Virus record (IMG/VR): IMGVR_UViG_3300034073_005389
Coordinates: 62,001-126,000 of that record
DNA: 64,000 nucleotides
Direction: 5' to 3' (one strand)
In this document: positions 11,191-23,700 of the stretch, in pieces
Layout of the letters: each line of letters starts with the position of its first letter
How positions within the stretch are numbered: position 1 is the first letter of the stretch
Translations under genes and position numbers: made by a program
The notes under the pieces: model-generated
What the model was told of the DNA's origin: nothing
The model's database searches: none
The model's input: only the letters and a program-made list of their open reading frames with translations

Positions 11191-11835
11191 TTTTTTTAAG
11201 TCTTCCAAAACCTCTTTCACTTCGTCATCATTTTTAACTGCATATTTGTTTCTAGCTTCGGCTGATAATACAGTGTATTCCATATAAAGTCTAGTTAATA
11301 CTGGATCATCTAACTCATCAATAAAATCTAGCCTGCTTTGTAATGTATTTGAGCTAATAAATTGTTCTATTTCTACACCAGCTACATGCGTCAATGATCT
11401 TGCTAACAATTGTCTTCTAATTTCATATGGAGCTTGTGTAGTCCCATCTACTTTAGAAACTTCAAAAATAGCATCGCTCATTTCTTTTGATTTTAATGTT
11501 CTTAATACAAAAATATTTCCACTAATATCTACATCACGAGTAACTCTTGTCATGCCAAGTAGCATTTCTATTCTGCGTTTGGCTCCATCTGACATTTTTT
11601 CTCTGCCAAGTCTTTTAGCTTCTCTAGCTGCACGAATTTCTTTTTCTATTTCCGCCTCACTTTTCTGAGGTTGCATAAAAGGATCTCTTGCATGATATTC
11701 TCTAGCAAAATTTTCCTCAACAAAATTTTGTTGGGGAAGTCCTGCGTCATATTCTGATTCATCTGGAACTTCAAAATTTCTCATTGTATTAGAAGCAAAT
11801 TTTCTACCACCAATTGGACTTTCAAAATTAGGCAT
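11188..11835 (-). CDS. Tail assembly chaperone (gpG-like)
   Basis: Lies between tube and tape measure. Likely start MPNFES at 11835 (GGAG RBS). Ends TTA AAA AAA TAG. Confidence 0.75.
   Translation of the reverse strand: MPNFESPIGGRKFASNTMRNFEVPDESEYDAGLPQQNFVEENFAREYHARDPFMQPQKSEAEIEKEIRAAREAKRLGREKMSDGAKRRIEMLLGMTRVTRDVDISGNIFVLRTLKSKEMSDAIFEVSKVDGTTQAPYEIRRQLLARSLTHVAGVEIEQFISSNTLQSRLDFIDELDDPVLTRLYMEYTVLSAEARNKYAVKNDDEVKEVLEDLKK
11191..11197 (-). other. Programmed -1 ribosomal frameshift slippery site (A AAA AAA)
   Basis: X XXY YYZ heptamer just before the stop; the -1 frame joins the downstream ORF; canonical position for tail chaperones. Confidence 0.8.
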
Positions 11836-11894
11836 GTTTTCTCCATATATAAAAGTGACTATTTTATATATATCTTTTGTTTTATTTTTAAAAT

Positions 11895-11927
11895 AAAAAA
11901 GCATTTGGCGATAACCAAATGCTTTTT
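11895..11927. terminator. Rho-independent terminator after the tail tube gene
   Basis: AAAAAGCATTTGG-cgataa-CCAAATGCTTTTT hairpin flanked by A/T tracts. Confidence 0.75.
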
Positions 11928-11948
11928 ATAATTATTACTTTACATTGA

Positions 11949-12680
11949 TTAGAACAAGTTGCCGCTATCACCAATATCGATTAAGCCTGCGGCATCAAGT
12001 GATCCTCTTCTACCATTGCTGCCTGTGTCAACCAATTGCTCAATGTTGTTAGCATTACCATTGTCGCCCATGAGAATAGTACCGATACCATTCTTGCCAG
12101 CGCCAAAGTGCTGAATACCACGTTCTCCACCCACTGCAACAGGTACGCCACCAGGAATTGGAGAGCTTCCACCATTAAGAATGCTAAAGATAGTTTCAGC
12201 TTTATAATTCATTTGATCTGAAAGCACCCAATCACCAGCACTGTATGTATAGCTAATAGACTCTATCCATACATTTTTAATAATTGTAGATATTTGATTA
12301 CTTTGATCTCTTTTTTGTTTATCTAAAATAACAATATCAAAAGGATAAACTTGAGAAGCTACGTGAATAAACCCACGACCAAATGCCTCAGCAATTCTTA
12401 AACGATCAAATCTAATTCTAGTGCAGCTGCCACCAATTGTAGTAGAAGCACTTGGAACAGAGTCAATATTACCATCTGTACCAACTTCATTAATCATTTT
12501 AATTTGCCTATTTTCATTTACTGACAAAGATTGTACTGCACCAACAGCAGTACCGTTAACTAAAATTAAAATATTAGTTGATAGCGCAGTGCTGGTTTTG
12601 TTAATACCAGAATTTAACGCTAATGTTGATCCTGTATTGGGGGCTGCTACTGCGCCTGGTGCTACTGGTCCGAAAGCCAT
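11949..12680 (-). CDS. Tail tube protein
   Basis: Follows the sheath. ILVNGTAVGAVQSLSVNE.R...EVG pattern typical of myophage tubes; GGGAG RBS. Confidence 0.75.
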   Translation of the reverse strand: MAFGPVAPGAVAAPNTGSTLALNSGINKTSTALSTNILILVNGTAVGAVQSLSVNENRQIKMINEVGTDGNIDSVPSASTTIGGSCTRIRFDRLRIAEAFGRGFIHVASQVYPFDIVILDKQKRDQSNQISTIIKNVWIESISYTYSAGDWVLSDQMNYKAETIFSILNGGSSPIPGGVPVAVGGERGIQHFGAGKNGIGTILMGDNGNANNIEQLVDTGSNGRRGSLDAAGLIDIGDSGNLF

Positions 12681-12715
12681 GGATATCTCCCTAATTTATA
12701 ACAATATATTAAACA

Positions 12716-13489
12716 TTACTTAATATGCCTGGTTTTACTAACGCCTTCTAATAAATTTTGCTTAGAACTTAAAGGTCTTAAATTTGATAAAGACCAAGAT
12801 AGTAAAAAGTTATTTTCATTCATTGAAGAATATGGCAAAATAGATTGTGGAACTATATGATCTATTTGCCAAGTCCAAGTAGACACATCATTATCATCCC
12901 ACTTGCCTTTTTTATAAGAACCATAATTATCCCATCTCATCCAATAATCAAACTGCTTCTCTAAATGTACTTTTAACTCTTCAATAGAATATGGTAAATA
13001 TTCTAAACAAGATTTATTATTTTTACTATTATTGTTTTTAATTAAAGCTTTGTTTATGGCAGAAGAAACTACAGTTCTTAATGAATAAGCAATATCAAAC
13101 TTTCTTTTATTTTTATTATAAATTTTATGATTATTTATAATCCTATCTTTATTTAAAAGATAATATTGCTTATCATACTCTTTCTTTTTATCTTTATTAT
13201 TTTGATAATAAATTTTTGATTTATTATTTATTTTTTCTTTATTTTTATTTCTATATATTTTGTCTTTTATCTTATTTTTAACAATATTAGAAAGTCTTTT
13301 TAATTTTCTACAATTTTTACATTCTGACCTTAGTCCATCTTTAGATGCTTTGCGCTTGTCAAAATAACAAGCACAAAGCTCTTGACTGCAATTGCAACAA
13401 ACTTTACTTATCAGATTTGACCCAAGGCAACTTTGATATAAATAAAGTTTACTGGATATGTTGGCTGAACTCTTACAGTTATGTTCCAT
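12716..13489 (-). CDS. Free-standing HNH homing endonuclease (start uncertain)
   Basis: CxxC...CKNC zinc ribbon, Lys-rich linker, W.IDHIVPQS...WSLSNLRPL...N. Inserted between sheath and tube. Confidence 0.8.
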   Translation of the reverse strand: MEHNCKSSANISSKLYLYQSCLGSNLISKVCCNCSQELCACYFDKRKASKDGLRSECKNCRKLKRLSNIVKNKIKDKIYRNKNKEKINNKSKIYYQNNKDKKKEYDKQYYLLNKDRIINNHKIYNKNKRKFDIAYSLRTVVSSAINKALIKNNNSKNNKSCLEYLPYSIEELKVHLEKQFDYWMRWDNYGSYKKGKWDDNDVSTWTWQIDHIVPQSILPYSSMNENNFLLSWSLSNLRPLSSKQNLLEGVSKTRHIK

Positions 13490-16188
13490 TGTCTTGGATC
13501 CACTGAATCTCTTACTACTGACAAATCCGCAAAATTAGTGATTAATCCTTGTGAAACCAATGCATTTAACAAGATAACTGCACGAGTGTTAAGAATAGAT
13601 CCAGTGTCAGGTGTTTCGGGTTGACCAATGTAACCTACGAATCCAGCACGAAGTGCTTTTGCTACTCTATCTCTGATAAAGACAATTGATATCTCTTGCT
13701 CTTCAGGGAATCCACTTTGTGAGGTAGTTATACCCCAAACTACTCTACCTCCACCAGCTACTGGCTGCAATGTACAAACACCTGCTGCAGCCAATGACTC
13801 TAGAGTTAATGTAGAAAATTGTTTGTTGCGAAGAATTGTAAATCCACTGATTACTTTATTAGTCAATGGATTTTCAATTCTGGTATCAGCAGATTCATAA
13901 CCTGCCGCTGCTGCTGCTAAGTAGAAACCATCTATTAATAGATTTTGTCCGCTAGCCTGAACTACAATCTGATCAGGGTAGAAGTATACACATCTAAAGG
14001 TATTGCCGAATGAATCAGGTACAGAGTAATTAGCTAAGTCTTCGATATTGCCTGAAAGAACCTCAGTAACGTTATCTCCTTGAATTCCTTCTAGAATACC
14101 AATATCTTCTACTGCAGCTAAGCTAGCACCTGTAACATTATTAGGAGTTAATCCTGAAATAGCTCCTATAAACAATACTCTTTCTTTCTTATTGCGGATA
14201 TTGCTCATGGTCTTACAATGTTGTAATGCATTCTGGAACACTACAGAAATTGTTTGTCTTGGAAGTGGTACTACAATATCACATTCAACAGTTTCTAGTG
14301 AGGCTAGAGCATTGATCCAGCCAGCATCATAGAACGATGCATCTCTTGAATCAATAATGCTTACTCTTAATGCATATCCATTAGGAACTACGTTTTTGTT
14401 GATAACTACATAATTGCTAGTATCAGTAGGATCTAATACTTCATATCTCATGTTGCTTTCATTCACAATTGACATCTGTAATGTTACAGTGTTAGTTAAT
14501 GCATTAAAAGCAACGATATCGTATAAGCCATTGTTATCTAATGTAGACCCGGTTATTTTAACTCTGCGAGTTAAAATATTAGAAATTGTAGAGAAATCTA
14601 CGCCTGTTACTGTGTTGCTGTCAAAGCTGGCAGTAGTGCCTAACCCAGGTACTACGCTACCATCTGTACCGCTAGCAAGTGGTAAATCAGTATCTACATC
14701 AATTACTTGGAAAGCTACGTTACCAGTGTTTTCTAGTGTAAAGTCAGGTAATGGAGGTACATCTAATGTAACTGATAGTTTACCACCAGAAACACCAGTA
14801 ACAGTATAAGTACCTCTGTTACCTCTATTAACAGTATCAATTATTTTTAATTGTTTGCCTACATAAGTAGAATCAAAGACAATTGATGAGCTGAATACAC
14901 CCTGATCATAGAAAGCTAGATTTCTGCCGATATATCCATCAAATCCAGTAGCAATGGTAGCGATACTTTGTATTACTGTATAGTAATAAGAGTATCCACC
15001 AGGAGCAGGAGTATTATCATAAATAAACTGAGAAACAGTTGGGAATCCAGCCGTACCAAGTTTGTAGTACTCTAGTTTATTTGGTAATATCTGAGTTTCT
15101 ACGTTAGTAGCATTATTGGTAATAAAGAAGTGTATATTTGAATTAAAATCAGGCACTACGCCTAATGGAAGTGGGAAGATAAAATCATCATTATCTGTAG
15201 ATATTGCATCTACTGATTCTGCTAATAGATATGATGTTCTTCTTGGTAAGGCAGGAGCAGCTTGTACAGTAATGACTGCAGGGGCATTATTAGCAAAAGC
15301 TAATTGAGCGCCTAATGATAAGTTATTTGTTAAGCTAGGAAACCCATGTCTATTAACTACATCTAACATGCCTTGCATTAATAAAGGATCATTTAAAAAT
15401 GAAGAGGGTATGTAATTAGCTGTTAATGTATCATTTGTTATTAGTACGCCGCTAGAAACAATAATTGTAAATGCATCACCTTCTCTAAATGGAGAGAGTG
15501 TTACGGCTCCTACCTTAGTCTCATATATTGCAAAGCTGAGTACTCCATTGGTAACAGTTTGTCCATTAGCCACCCAGACAATAGGATTACCGTTGGCATC
15601 TAATTTAGCTCCAGATACAGAGCCAATAGCAATAAACTTAGCAGTTCCTGCGATAGGTTGATTTAATGGATTTCTTTGAACGGCAATACATCTAATTGTC
15701 CATATTTCTGGGGGAGTATTAGGATCTTGTAATGTTAAATTGCTTAAATATCCATCACCAACATTGCTAGTTAATGGTACATAAAAAGAACCGCCCTGAT
15801 CTAATAGATGGGCTTGTTGTAATTCTATTCTGCCGTTGGTGATATCAATTCTATAATCATATTTAAAATTAAAAGGATTTCCATCAATAGCGGCTTCTAA
15901 GCCTACTAATGGTATTCCATTTTTAAATAATGTAGTTCTATTAGAAATAAGTGGAAAATTAGTGGTGACGAAATGTCTACCATCTGCGCCGCTAGTTGAT
16001 GTATAACTGGGGTTAAGACCATCTTGTCCTCCACCTAAAGCTTGAGCGACAATAACTTCATCAGTGGAACCCTCGCCAATAATCGCCGCTAACCGAGCGC
16101 CTCCTGGAATTGCGACTCCACGAGTTTGAGTAATTACGTCGGTAAAAACTCCTGGTAAAACATTTGTTGATCCTGGTATATTAGCCAT
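13411..16188 (-). CDS. Tail sheath protein
   Basis: N-terminal PGVFTDV and C-terminal ISIVFIRD...YIGQP...VRVQPTYPVNFIYI are contractile sheath signatures; large central insertion. Confidence 0.9.
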   Translation of the reverse strand: MANIPGSTNVLPGVFTDVITQTRGVAIPGGARLAAIIGEGSTDEVIVAQALGGGQDGLNPSYTSTSGADGRHFVTTNFPLISNRTTLFKNGIPLVGLEAAIDGNPFNFKYDYRIDITNGRIELQQAHLLDQGGSFYVPLTSNVGDGYLSNLTLQDPNTPPEIWTIRCIAVQRNPLNQPIAGTAKFIAIGSVSGAKLDANGNPIVWVANGQTVTNGVLSFAIYETKVGAVTLSPFREGDAFTIIVSSGVLITNDTLTANYIPSSFLNDPLLMQGMLDVVNRHGFPSLTNNLSLGAQLAFANNAPAVITVQAAPALPRRTSYLLAESVDAISTDNDDFIFPLPLGVVPDFNSNIHFFITNNATNVETQILPNKLEYYKLGTAGFPTVSQFIYDNTPAPGGYSYYYTVIQSIATIATGFDGYIGRNLAFYDQGVFSSSIVFDSTYVGKQLKIIDTVNRGNRGTYTVTGVSGGKLSVTLDVPPLPDFTLENTGNVAFQVIDVDTDLPLASGTDGSVVPGLGTTASFDSNTVTGVDFSTISNILTRRVKITGSTLDNNGLYDIVAFNALTNTVTLQMSIVNESNMRYEVLDPTDTSNYVVINKNVVPNGYALRVSIIDSRDASFYDAGWINALASLETVECDIVVPLPRQTISVVFQNALQHCKTMSNIRNKKERVLFIGAISGLTPNNVTGASLAAVEDIGILEGIQGDNVTEVLSGNIEDLANYSVPDSFGNTFRCVYFYPDQIVVQASGQNLLIDGFYLAAAAAGYESADTRIENPLTNKVISGFTILRNKQFSTLTLESLAAAGVCTLQPVAGGGRVVWGITTSQSGFPEEQEISIVFIRDRVAKALRAGFVGYIGQPETPDTGSILNTRAVILLNALVSQGLITNFADLSVVRDSVDPRQWNITVRVQPTYPVNFIYIKVALGQI

Positions 16189-16202
16189 ATAAAATTACTC
16201 CA

Positions 16203-16805
16203 TTAACAATTATTATTTATTTTATGCCGTACTCTAGTTGCTCCATCTAGAATATTTGTCTTAGCATCTAAAGGTCTTAAATTTGAAAGGCACCAACATT
16301 TTTTAAAATTATCATCACTCATACTTGTATATGGTAGGCATGACTGAGGAACTATATGATCGATATGCCAATAAATGCCATAATTTTCCCAGGTCATTTT
16401 ACTATCGAACTGAATTTCTAAATGATTTTTTAGATCATTAATAGAGTACCCTAAAAATTGTAAAATACTTTGATTAAATTTCTGGCTATTATTGTTTTTT
16501 AAAACTTTACTTACTCTACCAGAAATATTTTTTCTGATTCTGAAAACAATATCATTTTTCAGTTTATTTCTATATTTTTCATTTATTTTGTCTCTATTTT
16601 GTTCGATATACTTTTTTTTATATATTTTAAATTTTAATTTTTGTTGTGATGTTAATCCGTGCTCTTTTACACGTTGCATTTGGGCTTGCGACTCACACTT
16701 TTTACATATTGATTTATAATAAATTTTTCCATTTTTATACTTACATTGACGATATTGATCAATTTCTTTATTATAATAGCATTTATTACAACTTTTTAAA
16801 TACAT
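16203..16805 (-). CDS. Free-standing HNH homing endonuclease
   Basis: CNKC...CKKC and WHIDHIVPQS...WCLSNLRPL; paralog of the 12716 ORF. Confidence 0.8.
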   Translation of the reverse strand: MYLKSCNKCYYNKEIDQYRQCKYKNGKIYYKSICKKCESQAQMQRVKEHGLTSQQKLKFKIYKKKYIEQNRDKINEKYRNKLKNDIVFRIRKNISGRVSKVLKNNNSQKFNQSILQFLGYSINDLKNHLEIQFDSKMTWENYGIYWHIDHIVPQSCLPYTSMSDDNFKKCWCLSNLRPLDAKTNILDGATRVRHKINNNC

Positions 16806-16885
16806 ATAAAATGTTACCTAACAAGACAGATTGTATCACTAAAATATATTAATATTGCTATTCAAACACAATATAAAATATTTAT

Positions 16886-17713
16886 TTATATTTGAAGTAA
16901 TAAATCTGTAATACTGACTTCTGTATTAATGGCTAAATTTTGTGGTACAGGGGCGGCAGGATTATCTATGTTTTGGAAAGTAACAGCAAAAACAATTGTA
17001 TCAATCAAATTTCCTACAGGAATCTCTCTTCTCCACTCTGTTCTAATGTCTAAATTAATACTTTGTCTAAATAATTTATCATTTCTATCATCAGATTCTG
17101 AGGGAGCGCCAATACTAATTGGTTTTATTACAATACCTACATCTACTAAAGATTCAAAACTAATTTCTGTTAAACAAATACCAATTAATTCTACTAAATC
17201 ATCTCTGGCACGCAAACTTCTAGATAATACATCAATACTAATTGAAGTATCCCAAACACCTGCAGTAATAAATGAGACAGGTCTTCTAATTAAACTTTGA
17301 TTTCCATACCCATCTTCAAAAATAGTAGTATCATACTGTATACCACCTTTCTCTCTATTAATAGAGATAGGTACGTATTTGCTATTACCACTTTTTATTA
17401 AAATAGCCGGATAATGTATGCCGTCATATCTATAATTTTCACCTATAAATACTCTAGTGCTTAAATTACTAGTTAAGCTAAGGTCTGGATTAGCGCCAGG
17501 ACCATATGGTAAATCCGCTCCTGGAGGCAAATCTGTATGATCTACAGTATTAGCAAATCCCCATTGATCTTTAGAGTAATGATAATAGCTGTCCTTAGAA
17601 AAATAATCACGTAAAGTAGCAATTATTATTTCTTTAGGATACACTAACATCGAAGACTGTATGACGTTATGTATTTTGTATAAATCTGAGGTAAATATAT
17701 TATTAGTTGACAT
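16886..17713 (-). CDS. Putative tail terminator/completion protein
   Basis: Upstream of the sheath; YPAILIK...ISIDVLSRS...RDDLVE pattern. Confidence 0.5.
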   Translation of the reverse strand: MSTNNIFTSDLYKIHNVIQSSMLVYPKEIIIATLRDYFSKDSYYHYSKDQWGFANTVDHTDLPPGADLPYGPGANPDLSLTSNLSTRVFIGENYRYDGIHYPAILIKSGNSKYVPISINREKGGIQYDTTIFEDGYGNQSLIRRPVSFITAGVWDTSISIDVLSRSLRARDDLVELIGICLTEISFESLVDVGIVIKPISIGAPSESDDRNDKLFRQSINLDIRTEWRREIPVGNLIDTIVFAVTFQNIDNPAAPVPQNLAINTEVSITDLLLQI

Positions 17714-17716
17714 ATT

Positions 17717-20700
17717 TTACCATCTATATTTAACTACTATTGGAGATAGTAAAAATTCAAACGGACCACCTGCATTTCTCTGTACAAAAATAAATCCAGA
17801 AACGCTTAATGGATATCTTTGAGATGTTTTATAATTTTTTGTAACATCTGTAGTTCCAGGTCCACCAGTCGTAGTATCAATACTTGTTAAATCAATATCA
17901 AGATATTGGGTAAATGTGCTTGTATTTATATTTGCGGCAGTAATCAAATCAAATGGGGCAGTGTTAGTGCCTCCTGTACCAATTACGTTAGTATCGCCAG
18001 AACCTGCAGTAGCAAAATTATCTAAACTAGGATATGCTGTACTAGAATTAACTTCATTATATTTATTAAGAACTATTTTAACATAACTATTAGGATCTAC
18101 AGTATATCCAAATTTTCTAATACCTAATTTAATATTTATAACTTTTACATTGTTAGGTAAATATTTAGTTAAATTTTCTTGATATGCTATTGCAAATTGA
18201 GTGGCAGCAACTGCATTATCTACAAGTCTTAAAACAAAAGATCTGCCTTCATTTAATAAACCCGGATTCAGTGTGTTTGCTGCAAGCATAGATGCATCTG
18301 TTGGAGTTACAAAATATTGAAAACCAACATTGCTAGATCCATCCCAATAAGGCTGTAAACCATTTGTTAACGGAACTGTGCCATAACCTGTTTGATTTTT
18401 ATTTCTTTCAATTACCCAATCTTTTGCATTTGGGAAAGAAGAAAAATCAATAACACTTTCATCTAATGTAGTGCTATCAATATAAGGAGTATCTAGAATA
18501 TTATCTACAACTAACCCATAAGTTTCTGATCCATCCCAAGCTGGAGATTCAAAATTTCTATAAGCAATATAAGATCCTATTGATGCATCTTTTCTATATA
18601 TTTTGTTACCAGTAATTGTATTAGATAATCCACTAACCATTACCAATCTCTTAAAGGTACTTGAACCAGTTAGACTTATTCCTTTTAATGTATTATTTGA
18701 AATAATACTGCTAGCTTGACAATTAATGTAACCTAAATTATAATAATATATAGAAGGTAAGAAAGTGGTTGGTTGTAGCCAATATCCTGTACATACACTA
18801 TTTCCTTGTATTAGACAAGCAACATCATTTCCTTCTGGTGGGGAAGAGGTTGGAACAATAGCATGTTTGTTAGACCCTACGTAAATTGCATACCCTATAG
18901 TATATATATTTGATATTAAGTAAGTACTTGATACCGAAGTTGAATATGCTGTTAAATAATTATTTATTATTTGTAAATACGAACTCTCTTCATAAGTAAT
19001 AGCTGTTGTAATAAAATTACATTTATTATTCTGTATAGTTACTACGCCAGAAGGATAAGCGCATCTATTTACAGTAGCTCCACCAGAAGTGCCTACAACT
19101 GCAAAGTAAATGCCAGTACTACTAGCGGAATAAATTAGATGACAATTATTTCCAGTAATATTTAATCCAGATTCCTTATCAGAATATTGGTTTACAACAG
19201 TAGAATTATCTATTTTATTTGGAGTAGCAGTCCAATAACCAATTGCGCCACAAGTATTGTTATTTACAAAACAATTTTGTGGTACTAAACCTGGATAAAC
19301 CATATTTCCAGAACTAGTTTGTGATGTTATTGCAAATAATTGCTTACTATTGCAATAATTATTGCTAATATTTACATTAAACAATGTAGGTTGTGGCTGT
19401 GAAGATATGCCTGCAGCAGAACTATTAATAATACCAATAGCAGCTCTTACATCTAAAACAGTTGAAGCTAAAGTATGATTAAAATTACAATTAGTAATTT
19501 TTAAATTTTTAAGAGCACTATTGCTAGTAGATAATTGGAAGTTAATAAAGCTAAATCTATTATCACTAGAAGTAGTAGGACTATAATTAAAAATACAATT
19601 ATCAATTGTAAAATTAGATAAAGTCCCTGGAACAATAGAGTAAATATAGCCTCTACCCGTATTCACATAATCTGATACAGAATAGGTAACAACTGGTAAA
19701 CCATCAGCTATGCCTAATGGATCAGTAGTAGCGTCATACACATCTGGAGATAAAGCAGAAAATGGATCATAACTAGAAGTTATTGACAAATTTTGTAAAA
19801 AAGTACCATCAGAATTGGTATTTCTTAAAAATTGATTGTAATAACCTGTAAAAGTAGAATTGGTAATATTTACATTGGGGCAGTTATTAATTGTAAAAAT
19901 ATCTCCTGGCACATAACCATCTATGGCTGGAGAATTGTATGTAACAGTAAAATTACTCTCTGTTACATCAAAGTTAGTGGCATTTGCTAATCTAAATACT
20001 GCCCCACCAGTAGCCGTAGGAGAAGTAGTATAGTCAACAGTTAAAGAACAATTGTTTATTTTAAAATTATCTGAAGAAGCAACGTTAAAAATAACATTGT
20101 TAGCTGGAGACGCTACAGTTGGTGTATTAATGGTAATATCACAATTATCAAACATAACATTATTTAATGTTGTATTGCAAGCAATTCCTCCATTAAATTC
20201 TAATGTAACATTTTTAAATGTAATATTAGACCCAAAAGTTACCAAACCATTAAAAGTAAGCAATGCACTATTTAAACCATCAATTATTACATTTGAATTA
20301 AAATCTAATAAAATATTTTGATTTATAACTCCAGTAATTGCATCTGCACCCTTAACAACTGCCGTTCCATTAAAAGAATTATTATATTTAATCCAATTAA
20401 ATATTGAACTAATATTTTTAAAATTACCTTGAGCATTAGCAGAAGTTAATTTTAAAATTAAGTTAGTATCTACATCATTTACATATCTACGAGCATCATT
20501 TGCTTGTAAAGTAATTGTTACTGGAACTAGTGTAACTGTAGATGCTACAACGTACAGTATAGCTAAGTCTTTACGATTATTTATAATATTTGAAAATGTA
20601 ACTGCATCTAAATTATATGTAGTGGCATTTACAGGATTATATGCTGTAAATATTCTATTAGGATTAGAAGGAGTATTCAATACTGGGTCATAGTCTAATA

Positions 20701-23700
20701 AAGGAATTGTCTCATATTCTCCTTTATCATTTACACACAACGCCCAATTTATATTGCTAGCAGGTGATTCTTTTAGCGTAGGTACAACTACAGTTGTATC
20801 ATTCATGGCAATAAACTTACCATTTACTAATGCTAAGCCACCAGTTAAATATATTTGACCATCATTAGGATTAGGATCTACTCCTTTATCTTCTAAATCA
20901 AATCCTCTAATTACTCCATTACCATGTAAATACTTCTCTCCTAAAGCAATATAATTAAGAGCTGAAGTAGTTAAATCTTTTTCACTAGTATTTCCAAATT
21001 GCCTTTCATCTCGTAAATGAGTTACTTTGTTGGTAACACCATTAACTTGACATGTGCCTAATAACATAATCTCTTGATCTAGAGATAATGTAGGGAATAA
21101 TTGAAAATCAATTAAACCGTCTACTACAGGTGATACTGTCAAGTTAACATCAAAAATAATGTCTATGTAATCTACGTTTGTTTCATCATAGAATCTAACA
21201 ACATCACCTAGCCTGCCAAAAGTAAGAGGTCCTTGTTGTGTATAATTAGATCCGTCATAAGAACATAAATATCCGTTAAATAAACCATTTGCGGTTACAC
21301 TTAACATTCTTAATGTTATTTTGTTTACTGTACCAAATTGATAGCCTCTTAATTTAGGAGATATTTTAATAATATTAAGCTTAGCTAATTCAGTATTAGT
21401 AAATAAAGTGGTAGCTCCATTTACAGTAAAATTTCCTCCACTAATATTAATTCTGCCACGCTCTTGTGTAAATGTTTTACCATTTTGGTCTACATATACT
21501 TCAAAATGACGTTTGAATGGTCCCACTACAGAGAAATCTGAGGCATTTTCTCCATTAAAAGTAACAGAATCAGAGTTAAAGTAAATTGCTACTTGATATC
21601 CATCATAGCCATCTAATGATACTGGTGGCGATAAGCCATTACCATGAATAGCATCATATACAGTAATTTCAGTAGATGGATTTGGAGGGCAAGTAACGCA
21701 TAAACTTTCAATAATAAATCTACCATAATTTATTAAACCTAAATTTTCAATAGGCTGAACTACAAGAGTTTTACCTACTGCCAATCCAGAAGTTTCTAAA
21801 TCATATGGTATACGATATGTAGTTTGAACTCTTCCATTGGGACCTGGGACTATATTTCTGTTTACAATCGTAGCTGTCCAATATCCATCACCATAAGTAT
21901 CTAGTACTTGATCTGGCTCTAGTGCTAGTTTGTCTTTTTCAACTCCATTTACATAATAATTATTTCTTTTTAATGGAACAAATAATTTTGTAGGTAATTG
22001 TGCAGATTCTGGAGAGGCATAAGTTGCGGAATATGGGGGGCTAGCTATATTTGATCCTCCTACACCAAAACCCAAGGGATCTACAGGAGAAAATGTGGCA
22101 GCCGCAAATAAACCTACTACGTTATTAGGAAAATTTAAAGCTGTAGCTGCTGGATCGTATACTCCTATAGAATCTACAATCCCACTAAGTATAGAGAAAG
22201 ATGCATTATTATAAGGATCTGCTAAAGCAATTCCAAATTCTCCTTGATATTGGAAAGCTACAAATCTATAATTATATCCATTTTGTCTAAATGCGTTATT
22301 TGTTGCCTCTACAATAGAATCTAAGGTATATTTACCAGGACTAGCACCTGCATTACCAGTCACGTCAATAGCTGGTAGAATAGTATATCCATCATCTGGA
22401 TTACCAGTAGGATACAAAGCTAAATAAAGAGAGTAGTGAGAGTTATCAAAAACGTCTGGATTAAATCCTAAACCTAATGCCATTGCCCCTGTAGGATTAG
22501 AAACAATTAAACTAGGCATGGCATTAAATTGATTATTAGCAGCAGAAAGTGCCAATGCCCCATATTTATTTATGTTAAATAAAGGCTTGTCAATTCTAGC
22601 ATAACCATCAGTAGTATACTTTAAGTTCTTACCATTAACTCTCACTACATATTTTTTATTGCCAACGCTTTGAATATATTTCTTTTCTTTGATAATAAAC
22701 GGAACTTCTACTGTTCCATAGTTAACTCTAACTATATCTCCTATTTTAACTGCCGCAAACTGAGCATCAAAAGCATTTGAGCTAACTAAATTTGATGCTG
22801 GAGTAAATTCAATAATATCATCACCATTATTAATATTATCTACTGGTGCGCTAGCAGTTCCATTATTAAGCAAATATGTAGTAACTTGAGTAACAGGAAC
22901 AATAGGCTGACCATAACCATCTTGTAATAAGCTAGAAGATCTAGAAACCCTAGAAATACCATTAGAATATAAATTCTGTATTCTAGTCCCTAATAAGAAA
23001 ATACTAGCACTATCAATATACTCCGCAAACTGCTGTAAATCCGTGGCTGTTTGTGGAATTGTTGAAAATCTAGTAGTATTTAAATAAATACCGCTAGAAA
23101 CGTGAGCATGAGTAGCTGGATAAGTAGAGCCGTCATTAGTAATTACTAATGTGGCTGGAACTGTAGGAGATCCATCAGCAAATTGATGCTCCAACAATTC
23201 AGTGTTCATGTCATTAATAACGGCATAACCGCTAGCATTATTTCTATCTGTTCTAAATTTATTTTTTAATAATTGAGCAGGATCATTTGTTACATCAATT
23301 TGGCTTAAAGTGTGGCGATAAATCATGCCAAGTAAATGTGGCTCTAGTTTAGAACCGGAAACTCCAATCCATCCTAAAGCACTATTCACCCCATTAGATA
23401 AGTCAGTAATATAGTTAAATAAATCTTGAGTTCTATGATCTAGTCTTAATTTAGACTCTGGAATCTCTGCATTAACAGAAATTTGGTCATTAGTAATAGG
23501 TAAAGTAACTAATCCTAAGCTAGTTAATGCTGATGACTTTATAGTCCCATCTGGATTTAAAGAAATACCTAGCCTGGCAGATATAGATGAAGTGGTTCCA
23601 TCTCCATCTAATCCTAGATATTGCTCAATATTAAAAACCGCATCTCTAACTGCATTAATTGCCTCTCCGCCAATTTCTGTTAAATTGTCATTAACAATTG

